From NCBI GenBank assembly GCA_041891055.1, contig CP169075.1:52001-116000 (forward strand): 64,000 nucleotides of DNA, written 5' to 3'. The stretch comes from Halorutilales archaeon Cl-col2-1 (GTDB taxonomy: Archaea > Halobacteriota > Halobacteria > Halobacteriales > Afararchaeaceae). Under the pieces are notes generated by a model that did no database searches, was not told the origin of the DNA, and saw nothing but the letters and a program-made list of their open reading frames with translations. Of the stretch, positions 30,855 to 40,602 are shown in pieces. The translations under genes and the position numbers were made by a program. Within the stretch, counting starts at the first letter, position 1; the number at the start of each line of letters is the position of its first letter.

Positions 30855-33800
30855 GAGTCGTCACCTTCGATGTTCGTCGGTCCGCCGGCCTGCGCTCTGA
30901 CTGTGATGTTTGTCCCGTCGAGTTCGTCACCGAGCTGGGCGAGTACGTCGTCTTCGTCGCTGTCGATGGTCTCCGGTTCGTCCATTTGGAACTTAAAGCT
31001 CAGCTTGACCTTCTGATTACCACCTGCCCGGTCGCTAAAGCCTTCGGGACTCTGATTCAGCGTCGTGAAGGCATCGAGCGGCCCGGTGAAATTAGCGTTG
31101 AAGGTTGCCTCGCCGTTGCCCATCTCCGCCCGGCTCTTGTAGTCGAGATCCACAGTGATGGACTCACTCCGGGACTTCACGGGCGACCGTTGCGCGACGA
31201 AGGACCCGTGCTTGAACGGCTGATCGCCTTCGATCTGGACGATGAGTGAGTCGATTCCCGGCGTCGCATCACTACCGGCTTGGGAGACGGCGTGCCCCCG
31301 GATTTCGCTGAAAGCCCGCTTCGCGCTCATCGACCCGGTGGATTTGTTCCACGTCCCACCGGGACCCGTTTTGCAGTCCTCGCAGAGGACGGGCTCGTCG
31401 GCTTTCGTCTTGCCTTCGACCTCTTCTCCACAGTCGTCACACTCGGCGGGTTTGTTCCGACATTCCTCACAGAGCTTGTGGGTGCTCTGGGGTGGGAGGT
31501 CCTTACCGCAGTTCGCACATTCCGTCAGCTCTGGCGGACGAATCTCGTCGGCGTGCTGATCGAGGAGGTCCTCGATACTACCGAAGAGTTCGTACTCGTC
31601 GCCGATCTTGACCTGCGAATCCGTAATCGAGGTCGTGACGTCCGGCGACTCCGGGAGCGGCGCGTCGTGTTGCCAATTGTCTGGCTGGGACTGGGCGTTC
31701 CAGTAGGCCGTCGCCGTCTCGCTATCCCAGTAGGCGTACTCGTGGTCTGAGACCATTCGGGCGATGGTCTTTCGCAGCGGTTTCGTACTTAAGAGGAAGG
31801 GCAGCCCCGGCTTCCGGGCGAACTGTGCTTCCAGGTCCGCTGTCGTCATCCGGCGCTTCTGGCTCTGCCACAGCTTCTGCTCGAACCAGACCTTTCCTTT
31901 GGGTTGGTCGTCGTCCCGGATGATCCGGTTCATGTCCTCGAGCGTGGTTCGGACCGCGTCGACGAGCTTTGTCCCGCCACCGGCGTCGACGGACGTGATG
32001 GTCACGTGCGTTAGCCCGTCGTCCTCGACATAGAACAGGTGTCGATAGACGTTCCGAACGCTCTCACCGAGGAGCCCGCGTGCTTCGTCCTCCCTGTCCC
32101 GTAGTTCTTGAAGCTGTTCGTCGGAGAGGTCTGCAGTCTGCTGAGAGTCGTCTCGGAGGTCCTCGATAGCTTCGAGCCGCGTCGCCTGGTTGACCGCATT
32201 CTCGAGAAGTTCCGCATCCGGGGCGAGGAACAAGACGTAGTTCTTGTGCGAACGACTCTGGATGGTTCCTCCGTGTTTTGCGGCGGTTTTCTCGTACAAC
32301 TCCTGGATTTTGTCGGGGACCTCGGTTTCCTGACCACGCTCCGTTTGTACTGGCGCGGTGAGCATGTGCATAATCGAGAGCGTAGGTGTGGAGCCGTCAT
32401 CTGCCACGTCCGCTGGCTCCTCGGGGAACATCTCGACGTTGAATCCCCCACTCCCGACCTCGCGATCCAGTCGAGCTTCGAACCGGCTTCGAGCCTGCTC
32501 TTCGGAGGTGTTCTGGATCCGCTGGTCGATGATTCGAATCAGGTTTGGCTCGGCTTTGAACCGGATCTGATCCTCATCGTAGAGGTAGTAGCAGGCGACG
32601 TTCATGTCGTCGCCGCCGAGGTTCTTCAGCGCGTTATCGTAGTGGTCGAAGGAGACGCCAGGATGGGCGACAGCCTCGTTGAGCCCTCGTCGAGCGATTC
32701 CTGACGCCTGCTCACCGAACGCGAGACTATTCCAGAGCACCGTCGTCGTGATGTGGGATCCGAGCGCGGGGATGCCCTTCTCCGTCCACTTCTGGTCCTC
32801 GAGTTGGGCGTGTGCGGTCCCGTCACGAGTGTAGATGTCCGCAGTCACCGCCGCACTCAGATTGACGAACTCGAACAGGGATTCGTTGAGTGTTGCTCGA
32901 ATACTCCCGTCCGGAGCATCGTCTGCCGGCGTGAGATCGTAGAGACGGAGGAAGTGACGGTCATACTCCTCGGGCTGGTGATTCCACAGGTAGTGAATCG
33001 CTCGACCGAGCAGTTTCAGTGCTCCACGAGTCCGCTGGAAGTCCGGGATCGTGTCGATCTTCTCGGTTAGCGTTTCGAGAACAGTGGGGTGGAATGGGTA
33101 TTCCCGTTCGAGTTTCGAGCGGTAACTGTCCTCGCTAACCTCCTGCGGGAACTGACGGGGGGCTTCGTCGTAGAAGTGGAAGTACTGCTCGGCCACCGTA
33201 GCCGCCACATCTGTATCGATTTCGTCGAACAGTCGATGCTGGAGAACAGCCCCGACTTCCGTCTCGCCGGTCGGAGTGATAACCTTCTGTTGGCGTTGGA
33301 CGACAGCGTCCAGTTCATCGACCAGGCCACGAACCTCTTCGGCCTCCTCCTTGAACGCCGAGTCCGCGATACTGTAAATGACGGTGAGTGAGTCAGCTTG
33401 GGCGGCTGTCTCCAGTAGCGACTTCATGAAGGAGACGGTCTGGCTGGCTAGGGTAGCCCCACCGACCTCGAGCGTCGACGCGTCCTCGAGATACTCCGCG
33501 ATCTCGTCAATAAGGACCACGGAGGGCTGGTCACTCTGTTCCAGGAGATCCTTCAGCGTGTTCTGACCAGGGGCCTGCCTATCCCGGTCGTAGTCCTCGA
33601 TCTCCCGATAGCCGTCCAGCCCGAACAGCTGGTAGGCAATCTCGCCCCACATCGTGTTCGTATCTGGGGCGTCCGGGTCAGTCCGACTACTTCGGGCGCT
33701 GCGGGCGTCGACGTGCCCGCCGACGAAGACAGCTGAATTCGCTTCGAGCCCATCGGAAACAGCGTCCAGATACTCGGTCGCCAGCTCGTCCTTCTCGACG

Positions 33801-34174
33801 AACTTTGAGAGATTTCCAATCTCGGTCGGGTTGTTTGCGAGATGATACGAGGCTATGAGGTCGTGAGTTTTCCCGCCGCCAAAGGTCGTATCGAGACAGA
33901 GAATACTGCTCTTGTAGCCGTGCGTCTCCCGGTCTGCGGCAGCCAGGAACCGACCAGATAGGTTGCTCAACAGTGTGGTCAACCCCTCTGTCGGATATGT
34001 GGTATCGAAAAATTCCGCAGCGTCACGATACACAGGGGCGGCTTCATCGGGCTCGTGGGCGACGGTCGCGAGGTTAGCAGCGAATTGCTCCTCCTCCAAC
34101 GTCCCGTCGATAACGTCGGAGCGAGGCTGGCAGGCCTCGAAGAGCGAAGTCACCTCCTCCTTTTGTGTACTCAT
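30851..34174 (-). CDS. DUF499 AAA+ ATPase with a double Zn-ribbon insertion
   Basis: TTFGGGKTHDLI, VLIDEIAEY, YPFHP, FQRTRGALKLL; four CxxC near the C-terminus; start MSTQKEEV at 34174. Confidence 0.9.
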   Translation of the reverse strand: MSTQKEEVTSLFEACQPRSDVIDGTLEEEQFAANLATVAHEPDEAAPVYRDAAEFFDTTYPTEGLTTLLSNLSGRFLAAADRETHGYKSSILCLDTTFGGGKTHDLIASYHLANNPTEIGNLSKFVEKDELATEYLDAVSDGLEANSAVFVGGHVDARSARSSRTDPDAPDTNTMWGEIAYQLFGLDGYREIEDYDRDRQAPGQNTLKDLLEQSDQPSVVLIDEIAEYLEDASTLEVGGATLASQTVSFMKSLLETAAQADSLTVIYSIADSAFKEEAEEVRGLVDELDAVVQRQQKVITPTGETEVGAVLQHRLFDEIDTDVAATVAEQYFHFYDEAPRQFPQEVSEDSYRSKLEREYPFHPTVLETLTEKIDTIPDFQRTRGALKLLGRAIHYLWNHQPEEYDRHFLRLYDLTPADDAPDGSIRATLNESLFEFVNLSAAVTADIYTRDGTAHAQLEDQKWTEKGIPALGSHITTTVLWNSLAFGEQASGIARRGLNEAVAHPGVSFDHYDNALKNLGGDDMNVACYYLYDEDQIRFKAEPNLIRIIDQRIQNTSEEQARSRFEARLDREVGSGGFNVEMFPEEPADVADDGSTPTLSIMHMLTAPVQTERGQETEVPDKIQELYEKTAAKHGGTIQSRSHKNYVLFLAPDAELLENAVNQATRLEAIEDLRDDSQQTADLSDEQLQELRDREDEARGLLGESVRNVYRHLFYVEDDGLTHVTITSVDAGGGTKLVDAVRTTLEDMNRIIRDDDQPKGKVWFEQKLWQSQKRRMTTADLEAQFARKPGLPFLLSTKPLRKTIARMVSDHEYAYWDSETATAYWNAQSQPDNWQHDAPLPESPDVTTSITDSQVKIGDEYELFGSIEDLLDQHADEIRPPELTECANCGKDLPPQSTHKLCEECRNKPAECDDCGEEVEGKTKADEPVLCEDCKTGPGGTWNKSTGSMSAKRAFSEIRGHAVSQAGSDATPGIDSLIVQIEGDQPFKHGSFVAQRSPVKSRSESITVDLDYKSRAEMGNGEATFNANFTGPLDAFTTLNQSPEGFSDRAGGNQKVKLSFKFQMDEPETIDSDEDDVLAQLGDELDGTNITVRAQAGGPTNIEGDDS

Positions 34175-34277
34175 CGTATGACAAAACGTGATTTTCACAC
34201 TACTTAAAAGTTCGAACTGTGTTCCTCGATTCCGGTAGCAATCAATTACTGCCTGATCCCTCGATGAGCAAACCTCC

Positions 34278-34628
34278 TTATTTAAATTCAGATATGATTC
34301 TGTTCTGGGATTCTCTCCGCTGCCGCCCGATTTGGAGTATCTCGAACTGAGACAGGTCGATATCTTCATCCTCAGTGATCGAAGCGCGAACTGACTCGGG
34401 GAGGGATTCGACCTCGATTGCTGTCAATGGATGTTGGGTGAGGAAATAGCTGCTTGCGAGGCTCGTCGGTGATACAGCAACAACCTCCTCGCTCTTCACC
34501 TCCTGCAGTTTGAGTTCAGCATTTCTATACTGGTGTAATTCCGCGGATAGCGCCTTAACGGGAATGCGGTCGGAGATATCCCCGTGGTCAACATATCCGC
34601 CAGCGTCGTAGAAATGCCCAACACTCAT
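34278..34628 (-). CDS. Hypothetical protein (116 aa)
   Basis: ORF co-oriented and directly upstream of DUF499; acidic composition. Confidence 0.55.
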   Translation of the reverse strand: MSVGHFYDAGGYVDHGDISDRIPVKALSAELHQYRNAELKLQEVKSEEVVAVSPTSLASSYFLTQHPLTAIEVESLPESVRASITEDEDIDLSQFEILQIGRQRRESQNRIISEFK

Positions 34629-34709
34629 CTATCTACACGAAATAATGCTTGATACTTATTTCTTGCGGGGGTACTATAACCTGGGCTCGATTCACACCAA
34701 TCTGTTACG

Positions 34710-35513
34710 ATGGCCAGAGACCTCTATCAGTGTACGGCAGGTGATCTTGCTACACAAGCAGTCGATACCGTTCCTGCTGATTGGTCGGTAGCAGAGGTCC
34801 ATGAGTGGCTTTCAGAGAACGGCTACGATGTCTCCCCAGTCCTTGACGGGGAACAGCCCGTCGGATTCGTCGAGATCGACGAACTGTCCAGGGCTCCCGA
34901 CGGTGCTCCAGTCTCTGAACACCGACAAGATATCACACTCGAGGAAATCATTTCTACTGATGCGGATTTCGGGAGCGTTCTTTCTGCTCTCTACGACTCA
35001 GGCTTCTACCTTCTCGGTGGCCGCAATCAGGTCACGGGTATCCTTACTCGAGCAGATTTGAACACGTCACCAGCATACATTCACCTCTACGATCGACTTT
35101 CACTTCTCGAAGAGGGTCTTCGTGACTTGATTCAAGACAAGGCTCCTAATTGGAAGACGAATGACGCGGTTGACCTCTACCCCGACGAAAAACAGGATAT
35201 TGAGCGACGATATCAGAAGGCCGAGTCAGCGAATATCGCCTTGGAAGAGATCCATTATGCTCAATTTTCCACCCTCAAGAAGATCGTCGCAGCAATTGAC
35301 CCGTGTTGGGAGGCGTGTGGGTTCTCGAGTGGTGATGCTGCAGAACGCGACCTCTCAGACGTCACCGACGTTCGGAATGCAGTTGCCCACTCGAACCTCC
35401 TAATCGAAAATACTGGTCAAGGGCTGATGGAAGGCAGAACCCTCACTACCGTTTTGGATGCGTATGAAACGATAGAGGCGTGTATTGAGGAGTTGGACCT
35501 CGAGTCAGACTGA
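34710..35513 (+). CDS. Tandem CBS domains fused to a HEPN (RxxxxH) RNase domain
   Basis: YDVSPV..PVGFV and VTGILTRADL (CBS); LEEGLRDLI, QFSTLKKIV, VRNAVAH (HEPN). Confidence 0.8.
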   Translation: MARDLYQCTAGDLATQAVDTVPADWSVAEVHEWLSENGYDVSPVLDGEQPVGFVEIDELSRAPDGAPVSEHRQDITLEEIISTDADFGSVLSALYDSGFYLLGGRNQVTGILTRADLNTSPAYIHLYDRLSLLEEGLRDLIQDKAPNWKTNDAVDLYPDEKQDIERRYQKAESANIALEEIHYAQFSTLKKIVAAIDPCWEACGFSSGDAAERDLSDVTDVRNAVAHSNLLIENTGQGLMEGRTLTTVLDAYETIEACIEELDLESD

Positions 35514-35772
35514 AGGCCTGTCTCCGGCTGGGACAGAATTATGTCACGGGAATTAGTTTGCTTGTTGCATGGCTAATGGCTGTGATTTTCTCACCAGTCC
35601 CTCCTTCGACGCGCTTCAATCTGAGGTGTTTGAACGGGTTGCTGAACAGGCCAGCGACGACCCCGGCAGCACCTCTATATCGAAAACAACGACCATCGCA
35701 CGGATGAGGTTGCCGACGCATGGGCCGAGAATCACGAACCGCTCCGGCTTCGAGTAACCGATTTCAATACTG

Positions 35773-37281
35773 TCGCTAGTTGTCCACTCTGGCTTAGTGG
35801 CCCAGCCGCTGACACGTAGTACTGAGTGAAGCGGGTGAATCAGGAATCTGATTCATCCGCTGTCCGGATATATCCGTTGTGAACCTACCAAAGCTCAAAC
35901 GGGTTCTTACAGATCCGGACGACTTCATTACGAACGGCCAGTTGAAATCTCTTGCTCTGGAGGTACTGGAGTTAGTGCCGATGGAAGGAATCGAGGGCTC
36001 CGGCCTCGATTCCGAGGAAATCATGGAAGTGGTGCTCCGGGCTGCCGTTGACACGACATCAGCCAACGGCGTGACGACAAATACGAGCAACACACCGAAC
36101 AGGAAAACGGTCATGGACTGGCTTCACAAACTGGAGAAAGACGCCATGCTGGACGCTGTCAACGACATCCTCGCGTTGCTGGCAATGACGGTTCTCGACC
36201 GCGACCGGTCGAGAACCATCTGTCTCGACTTCATGGACAATCCGTTCCACGGGCATCCCGAGGACGAAACCGAGTTCAGAAGGATGCAAGCACGCGACGG
36301 GACGACGAAGTGTCACCGCTACTGCACAGCGTTCGTCATCTCTCAAGGAAAGCCACTAACGTGGCGGTTGAACCGGTTGATGGCGAGGACAGCAAGGCCG
36401 ACGCGGTCGAGCGCGTGCTCGCCCGCGTCAAGACGTATCCATTCGAGATCGAGCAGATTCTCATGGATAGAGCTGCCTTCATAGGGGAGTTGATCGGTGT
36501 ACTTCGGGAAACAGCGCCGCCAGTCTTTCCGGTCAAGACCGGGAAAGACTCGCTCCGGAAGAAACTCTCCAACACCGCGTCACACATGACCGAAGAGACG
36601 ATCTGCGAAGGGAAGAAACACGAACAGACGTATCCACTGGCAGTGAACGTCACCTACCAGAATGGTGACCGCGGGAAGTCTGGTGTGAAAGCAACAGGAT
36701 ACGCGGCGTACGGTCTAAAAGACCGCACGCCCGCGCAAGTCGCTGCGATCTACGACAAGTGTTCACGGATAGAGAAGAGCTACGAGAAGTTCCGAGAAGC
36801 GCGTGCCCTGACAACAGCACCATCAACGACAATCCGGTTGTTCTACGTGGGCGTGGGATTTCTGTTAGAGCAATTGTGGCTCGTGTTGCAGTGGGCCGTG
36901 CTCGCCCGACCACGGCGTGGCGGGCGAGCACTTCCGGTGGCGTTCACGTTCAGTGATGTGTTTCTCCATGGGATCGAACAGGTGTTAGACGACGAACTCG
37001 GCTGGAAGGAGAAGCATCGGACGAACGGAGAAGGACTACCTCCAGGATACGACCACGGACTCGGTTGAGCCGCCTCGATTCAGGCGAAGCGAGGCTGGCG
37101 AACAGCGACATCTGTCTTTGGAGACCGATCTGAGCGACGACTACAGCCGAAACCAACTAGATTTGTGACCTTTCTTGACTCTCCGTGGCGTCAGAAGTGT
37201 ACTTCGTCTCGTATCGGCGTTTTTACCGTGTCAGACCGGACTCTTGATGCCACCGCGATCAAGAGAGTGGACAACTAGCGA
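35773..37281 (+). mobile_element. ISH3-family element with frameshifted transposase (35879-37068, shift ~36360)
   Basis: 18-bp TIR TCGCTAGTTGTCCACTCT / AGAGTGGACAACTAGCGA; CLDFMDNPFHG, ILMDRAAF, SRIEKSYEK; KPLT|AVEPV split across frames. Confidence 0.9.
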
Positions 37282-37441
37282 AAGTATACAGAGTCCTCTA
37301 AACCGTCTATTTGAACCTTGGCTTGGATTATCAGCTAAGATACGGTAGTTTCAGACTAGTTTAGCTCACGAGTCCGTATCTAATCACCCTCTCAATCCGA
37401 CGCATACTAGCGATTCACCAGAGCCAATAAGATTTGATGGC

Positions 37442-37669
37442 TCAGTCCTCACAAACGACATCCCTAAGCTCTTCAAGTAGCTTAGGATGATACTCCTCTA
37501 GAGCTTCTACGTCCTTAACAAGCTCATCTTGTATTCTATTTCTAACTTCTGAGATGGCTTGATAGCGTTTTCTCTCATCTACATCCTCTTTTTCTGCTAT
37601 TCTTTGCCTTTCCGTCTCAGTCATTAGTGCCCGTGTCCTTGCCATTCTGGTTTGGTTGTTCGTCTCCAT
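37442..37669 (-). CDS. Small regulator-like protein of haloarchaeal mobile elements
   Basis: RALMTETERQRIA..RYQAISEVRNRIQDEL..HPKLLEELRDVVCE; divergent from the ParB operon. Confidence 0.65.
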   Translation of the reverse strand: METNNQTRMARTRALMTETERQRIAEKEDVDERKRYQAISEVRNRIQDELVKDVEALEEYHPKLLEELRDVVCED

Positions 37670-37862
37670 ATACCTATATCATTGGTTACTCAGTTAAAAC
37701 ATATGCAAATATACGTAGTATGCAAATATGCGTATGTTTAAGTGGCTAGAGATACAAGTCATTGTGTAAGAAGCACGATGCTCCGGACTACGGGATTTAG
37801 TTCTCGTAGAAGGAGGCGGGTGTAGGAGCACCCGCCGAGTGCTTCTCCAAGGTGAAGAAGCA

Positions 37863-38270
37863 ATGCAATCTACGAATACGACCCAGAAAGATGTATCGCT
37901 ATTAGAGCAACTGCTAGATGGACTACGCGTCGGCATAGGAGAGTCACATGACGAGTTTGTGGTCTGCGACAGATGCGGTACCTACCTACGTGAAGGCTCG
38001 GACGTAACCGCTTACGCTTACTCGCAAGACAAAGACGCCAGTTGGGACGTAAGAGGCGTCTACTGCAGTCACTGCTCTAAAACAGAGATATCCACAGAGA
38101 CGAAAGGCACAGAGGAAGCCGTCGTCCAGGCACATCTCGCCCTCCTCGAAGACGCAAAATACCAGACAGCGTCACTAGTACTCGCAGATCCCGAGGCACT
38201 CGATTACAGTCCAACTGAAGAAGGCACAGAACCCCAGACAGTCGCCGTCACAAAGAAGGAGGGTCACTAA
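37863..38270 (+). CDS. Zn-finger (CxxC..CxxC) protein
   Basis: CDRCG and YCSHC; ATG at 37863. Confidence 0.65.
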   Translation: MQSTNTTQKDVSLLEQLLDGLRVGIGESHDEFVVCDRCGTYLREGSDVTAYAYSQDKDASWDVRGVYCSHCSKTEISTETKGTEEAVVQAHLALLEDAKYQTASLVLADPEALDYSPTEEGTEPQTVAVTKKEGH

Positions 38271-38271
38271 G

Positions 38272-38448
38272 ATGCAAGAGAGCACAGACCTCCAGAGGAT
38301 CCACTGTAAACACTGCGGCGAGTCACCTCGTCTCCATAGAGACGCCGATGACAGAGACTGTCTTGTAGCAAGATGTGACTGTGACTCTCCGAGGAGACTA
38401 CAGATCTACGATGCCGGAGTGCCACCTAAGTCATGGAGGGTCGAGTAA
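38272..38448 (+). CDS. Small Cys-rich protein (58 aa, below the ORF cutoff)
   Basis: MQESTDLQRIHCKHCGES..ARCDCD..SWRVE*; its stop overlaps the next ATG (TAATG). Confidence 0.6.
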   Translation: MQESTDLQRIHCKHCGESPRLHRDADDRDCLVARCDCDSPRRLQIYDAGVPPKSWRVE

Positions 38449-40010
38449 TGATCGATGTCGACGAGCTCGCCCTCGATAAGTACCAGGTCATGCCCGACCT
38501 CTCCAACGAAGAGTACGCCGCTCTAAAACGTGATATCAGAGAAAACGGAGTCAGAACCGACATCGATGTCGACGAAAACAATAACGTAATCGATGGGCAC
38601 CACAGAGTCCGAGCTTGCAGAGAGCTGAGCATAGAGAAGATCGAAGCCCGTGTCCATGTCGGACTATCCTCCAAAGAGAAACAAGATCTAGCGTGGCGTC
38701 TCAACATGCAGAGACGTCATCTCGAACAGGGACAGAAACGCGAGCTAGCGAAGGAGTATCTAATCGATAGCTGGGACGGCGAGACTACCGAGCGTGAGAT
38801 AGCTGATCTCCTCGGGATCGGAAAGAAGACGGTAAATAGAGCCAAAAAAGATCTCAGAGAAGCTGGTAAGCTGAGTCACCTGACTCAACTTACCACCAGC
38901 GAGAAAAAAGAGATCGTCAGAGAGTACATAGAAGATCATCCCGACGCATCAAACAGAGAAATAGCAGATAGCATCGACTGTGACGTCTCCCATGTAACTG
39001 TAGGTAGATGGCGTAAAGACAAAGATGACAGTGACTCAGACTGTGAAGACGTATCTGACTCTGACTCAAACTCGGACGAAGATGATAGTAACAGAGATGA
39101 TGAAGACAACCAGAACCAGAACACCGAGGACAGCGACGACGAAGACGAGAAATCCTCGCTAACTCTCCGTAATGCCACCGACAAAGAGCTAGAGAAGCTC
39201 CAGGAGATAAGGGAGAAAGCCGATGAAGGCAACGAGGTAGCGCAAAAACAACTAGAGAAACTACAGAGCAACAGCACCTCCATCCACACGGCTCATAAAC
39301 ACCTAGAGAAGCACGAAGCCGAAAAAGAAGTTGAGAAACAACGTCAGACCGACGGCGGAGCCCAGGAGTATCAACCCAAGATCACCCAGTCCCCCGCTCT
39401 GGAGTTCATACAGAAATACGAAGACAAGAGCGTCGACCTACTCCTAACGGATCCTCCCTATAGCACAGACGTCGAGGACATCGAGGAGTTCGCCGAAGAC
39501 TGGCTACCTGAAGCACTATCCAAAGTCAAAGATGACGGCTACGCCTATGTCTTCGTCGGTAGCTACACAGAAGAGATCCATGCCTACCTGTCTGTACTCA
39601 CGGACATAGACAGGTTCGAGAGTCAGATCTTGATCTGGACATACAAGAACACCCTCGGCAAAGTACCGAAGAATCGCTACTCACGCAACTACCAAGCAGT
39701 CCTCTACCTACGTGGATCCGAAACCCAAGAACTCAACGCCCCCAAGACCTCCGAGCAATGGGCAGTACAAGATATCAACGCACCTGACGGCAGGCACCAG
39801 CAAAAACACCACCGCTGGCAGAAGCCCGAAAAACTCATCGAACGCTTCGTGAGACACACAACCGAAGAAGGCGACCTAGTCGTCGATCCCTTCGCTGGCT
39901 CGGGCACTACTCTACTGACAGCCGCCGAACTTGCACGTGAAACGGAGGGGTGTGACAAAGACTCACAAGCCATAGAGACCGCCAGAGAGAGGGGGTGTGT
40001 CGTAGAATGA
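38448..40010 (+). CDS. ParB/Srx - HTH - HTH - acidic linker - beta-class N4C/N6A DNA methyltransferase fusion
   Basis: VIDGHHRVRAC, LNMQRRHL, TEREIADLLGIGKKTVNR, SNREIAD..VSHVTVGRWR, LTDPPY, QKPEKLIER, VDPFAGSGTT. Confidence 0.88.
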   Translation: MIDVDELALDKYQVMPDLSNEEYAALKRDIRENGVRTDIDVDENNNVIDGHHRVRACRELSIEKIEARVHVGLSSKEKQDLAWRLNMQRRHLEQGQKRELAKEYLIDSWDGETTEREIADLLGIGKKTVNRAKKDLREAGKLSHLTQLTTSEKKEIVREYIEDHPDASNREIADSIDCDVSHVTVGRWRKDKDDSDSDCEDVSDSDSNSDEDDSNRDDEDNQNQNTEDSDDEDEKSSLTLRNATDKELEKLQEIREKADEGNEVAQKQLEKLQSNSTSIHTAHKHLEKHEAEKEVEKQRQTDGGAQEYQPKITQSPALEFIQKYEDKSVDLLLTDPPYSTDVEDIEEFAEDWLPEALSKVKDDGYAYVFVGSYTEEIHAYLSVLTDIDRFESQILIWTYKNTLGKVPKNRYSRNYQAVLYLRGSETQELNAPKTSEQWAVQDINAPDGRHQQKHHRWQKPEKLIERFVRHTTEEGDLVVDPFAGSGTTLLTAAELARETEGCDKDSQAIETARERGCVVE

Positions 40011-40570
40011 GCTTTAGCGATGACCTAAAAAGTAGTGCCAACGCATTTGAGAAGGTAGTCTATCCCGAAATCGAGGGAGAGATAGACGGCAACGAAATCA
40101 TCCCCGTAGAAAACGTCCACACAGAATCCGATGTCCAGAAGCTCCTTGATACGAGAGCAGGGATAGATGCTCTCGTTCGGGACGAAAAAGGCAGACTGTA
40201 TGGAGTCGCAAGCCGCGTGCAGTATGGTGCTGACTGGGGGTCGTTTACAGTCCGAGGTTTTCGCTCTTCGGGATCCAAGACGGAGTACCGTAAACGGATA
40301 GAGGAGATAGAAGGCGACAAACACGCCATATATCCCTACTACACCTGCCAAGCATACGTAAAAGAGGGGCGTCTACTCAACGCGGCTGTCTGTAAAACCC
40401 AAGATCTCATAGAGTACATCGATCAAGGAGATTATCAGCAGGACTACGACGTCAAAATCTGTAATAAAGACGGAGACAGCCTACAGACTCTCTTTGTCGT
40501 GTTTTGGGGAGACTTCGTCGAAGAGCACGATCTGTATGTACACGATGCGAGTAACCTGAATTCGCTGTAA
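40007..40570 (+). CDS. Putative PD-(D/E)XK-fold nuclease coupled to the ParB-MTase
   Basis: ATGA overlap; LDTRAGIDALV..GVASRVQ; KTEYRKR. Confidence 0.55.
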   Translation: MSFSDDLKSSANAFEKVVYPEIEGEIDGNEIIPVENVHTESDVQKLLDTRAGIDALVRDEKGRLYGVASRVQYGADWGSFTVRGFRSSGSKTEYRKRIEEIEGDKHAIYPYYTCQAYVKEGRLLNAAVCKTQDLIEYIDQGDYQQDYDVKICNKDGDSLQTLFVVFWGDFVEEHDLYVHDASNLNSL

Positions 40571-40602
40571 AAAGTCAGGTTCAGCTGTTTTTTGATAATC
40601 CA

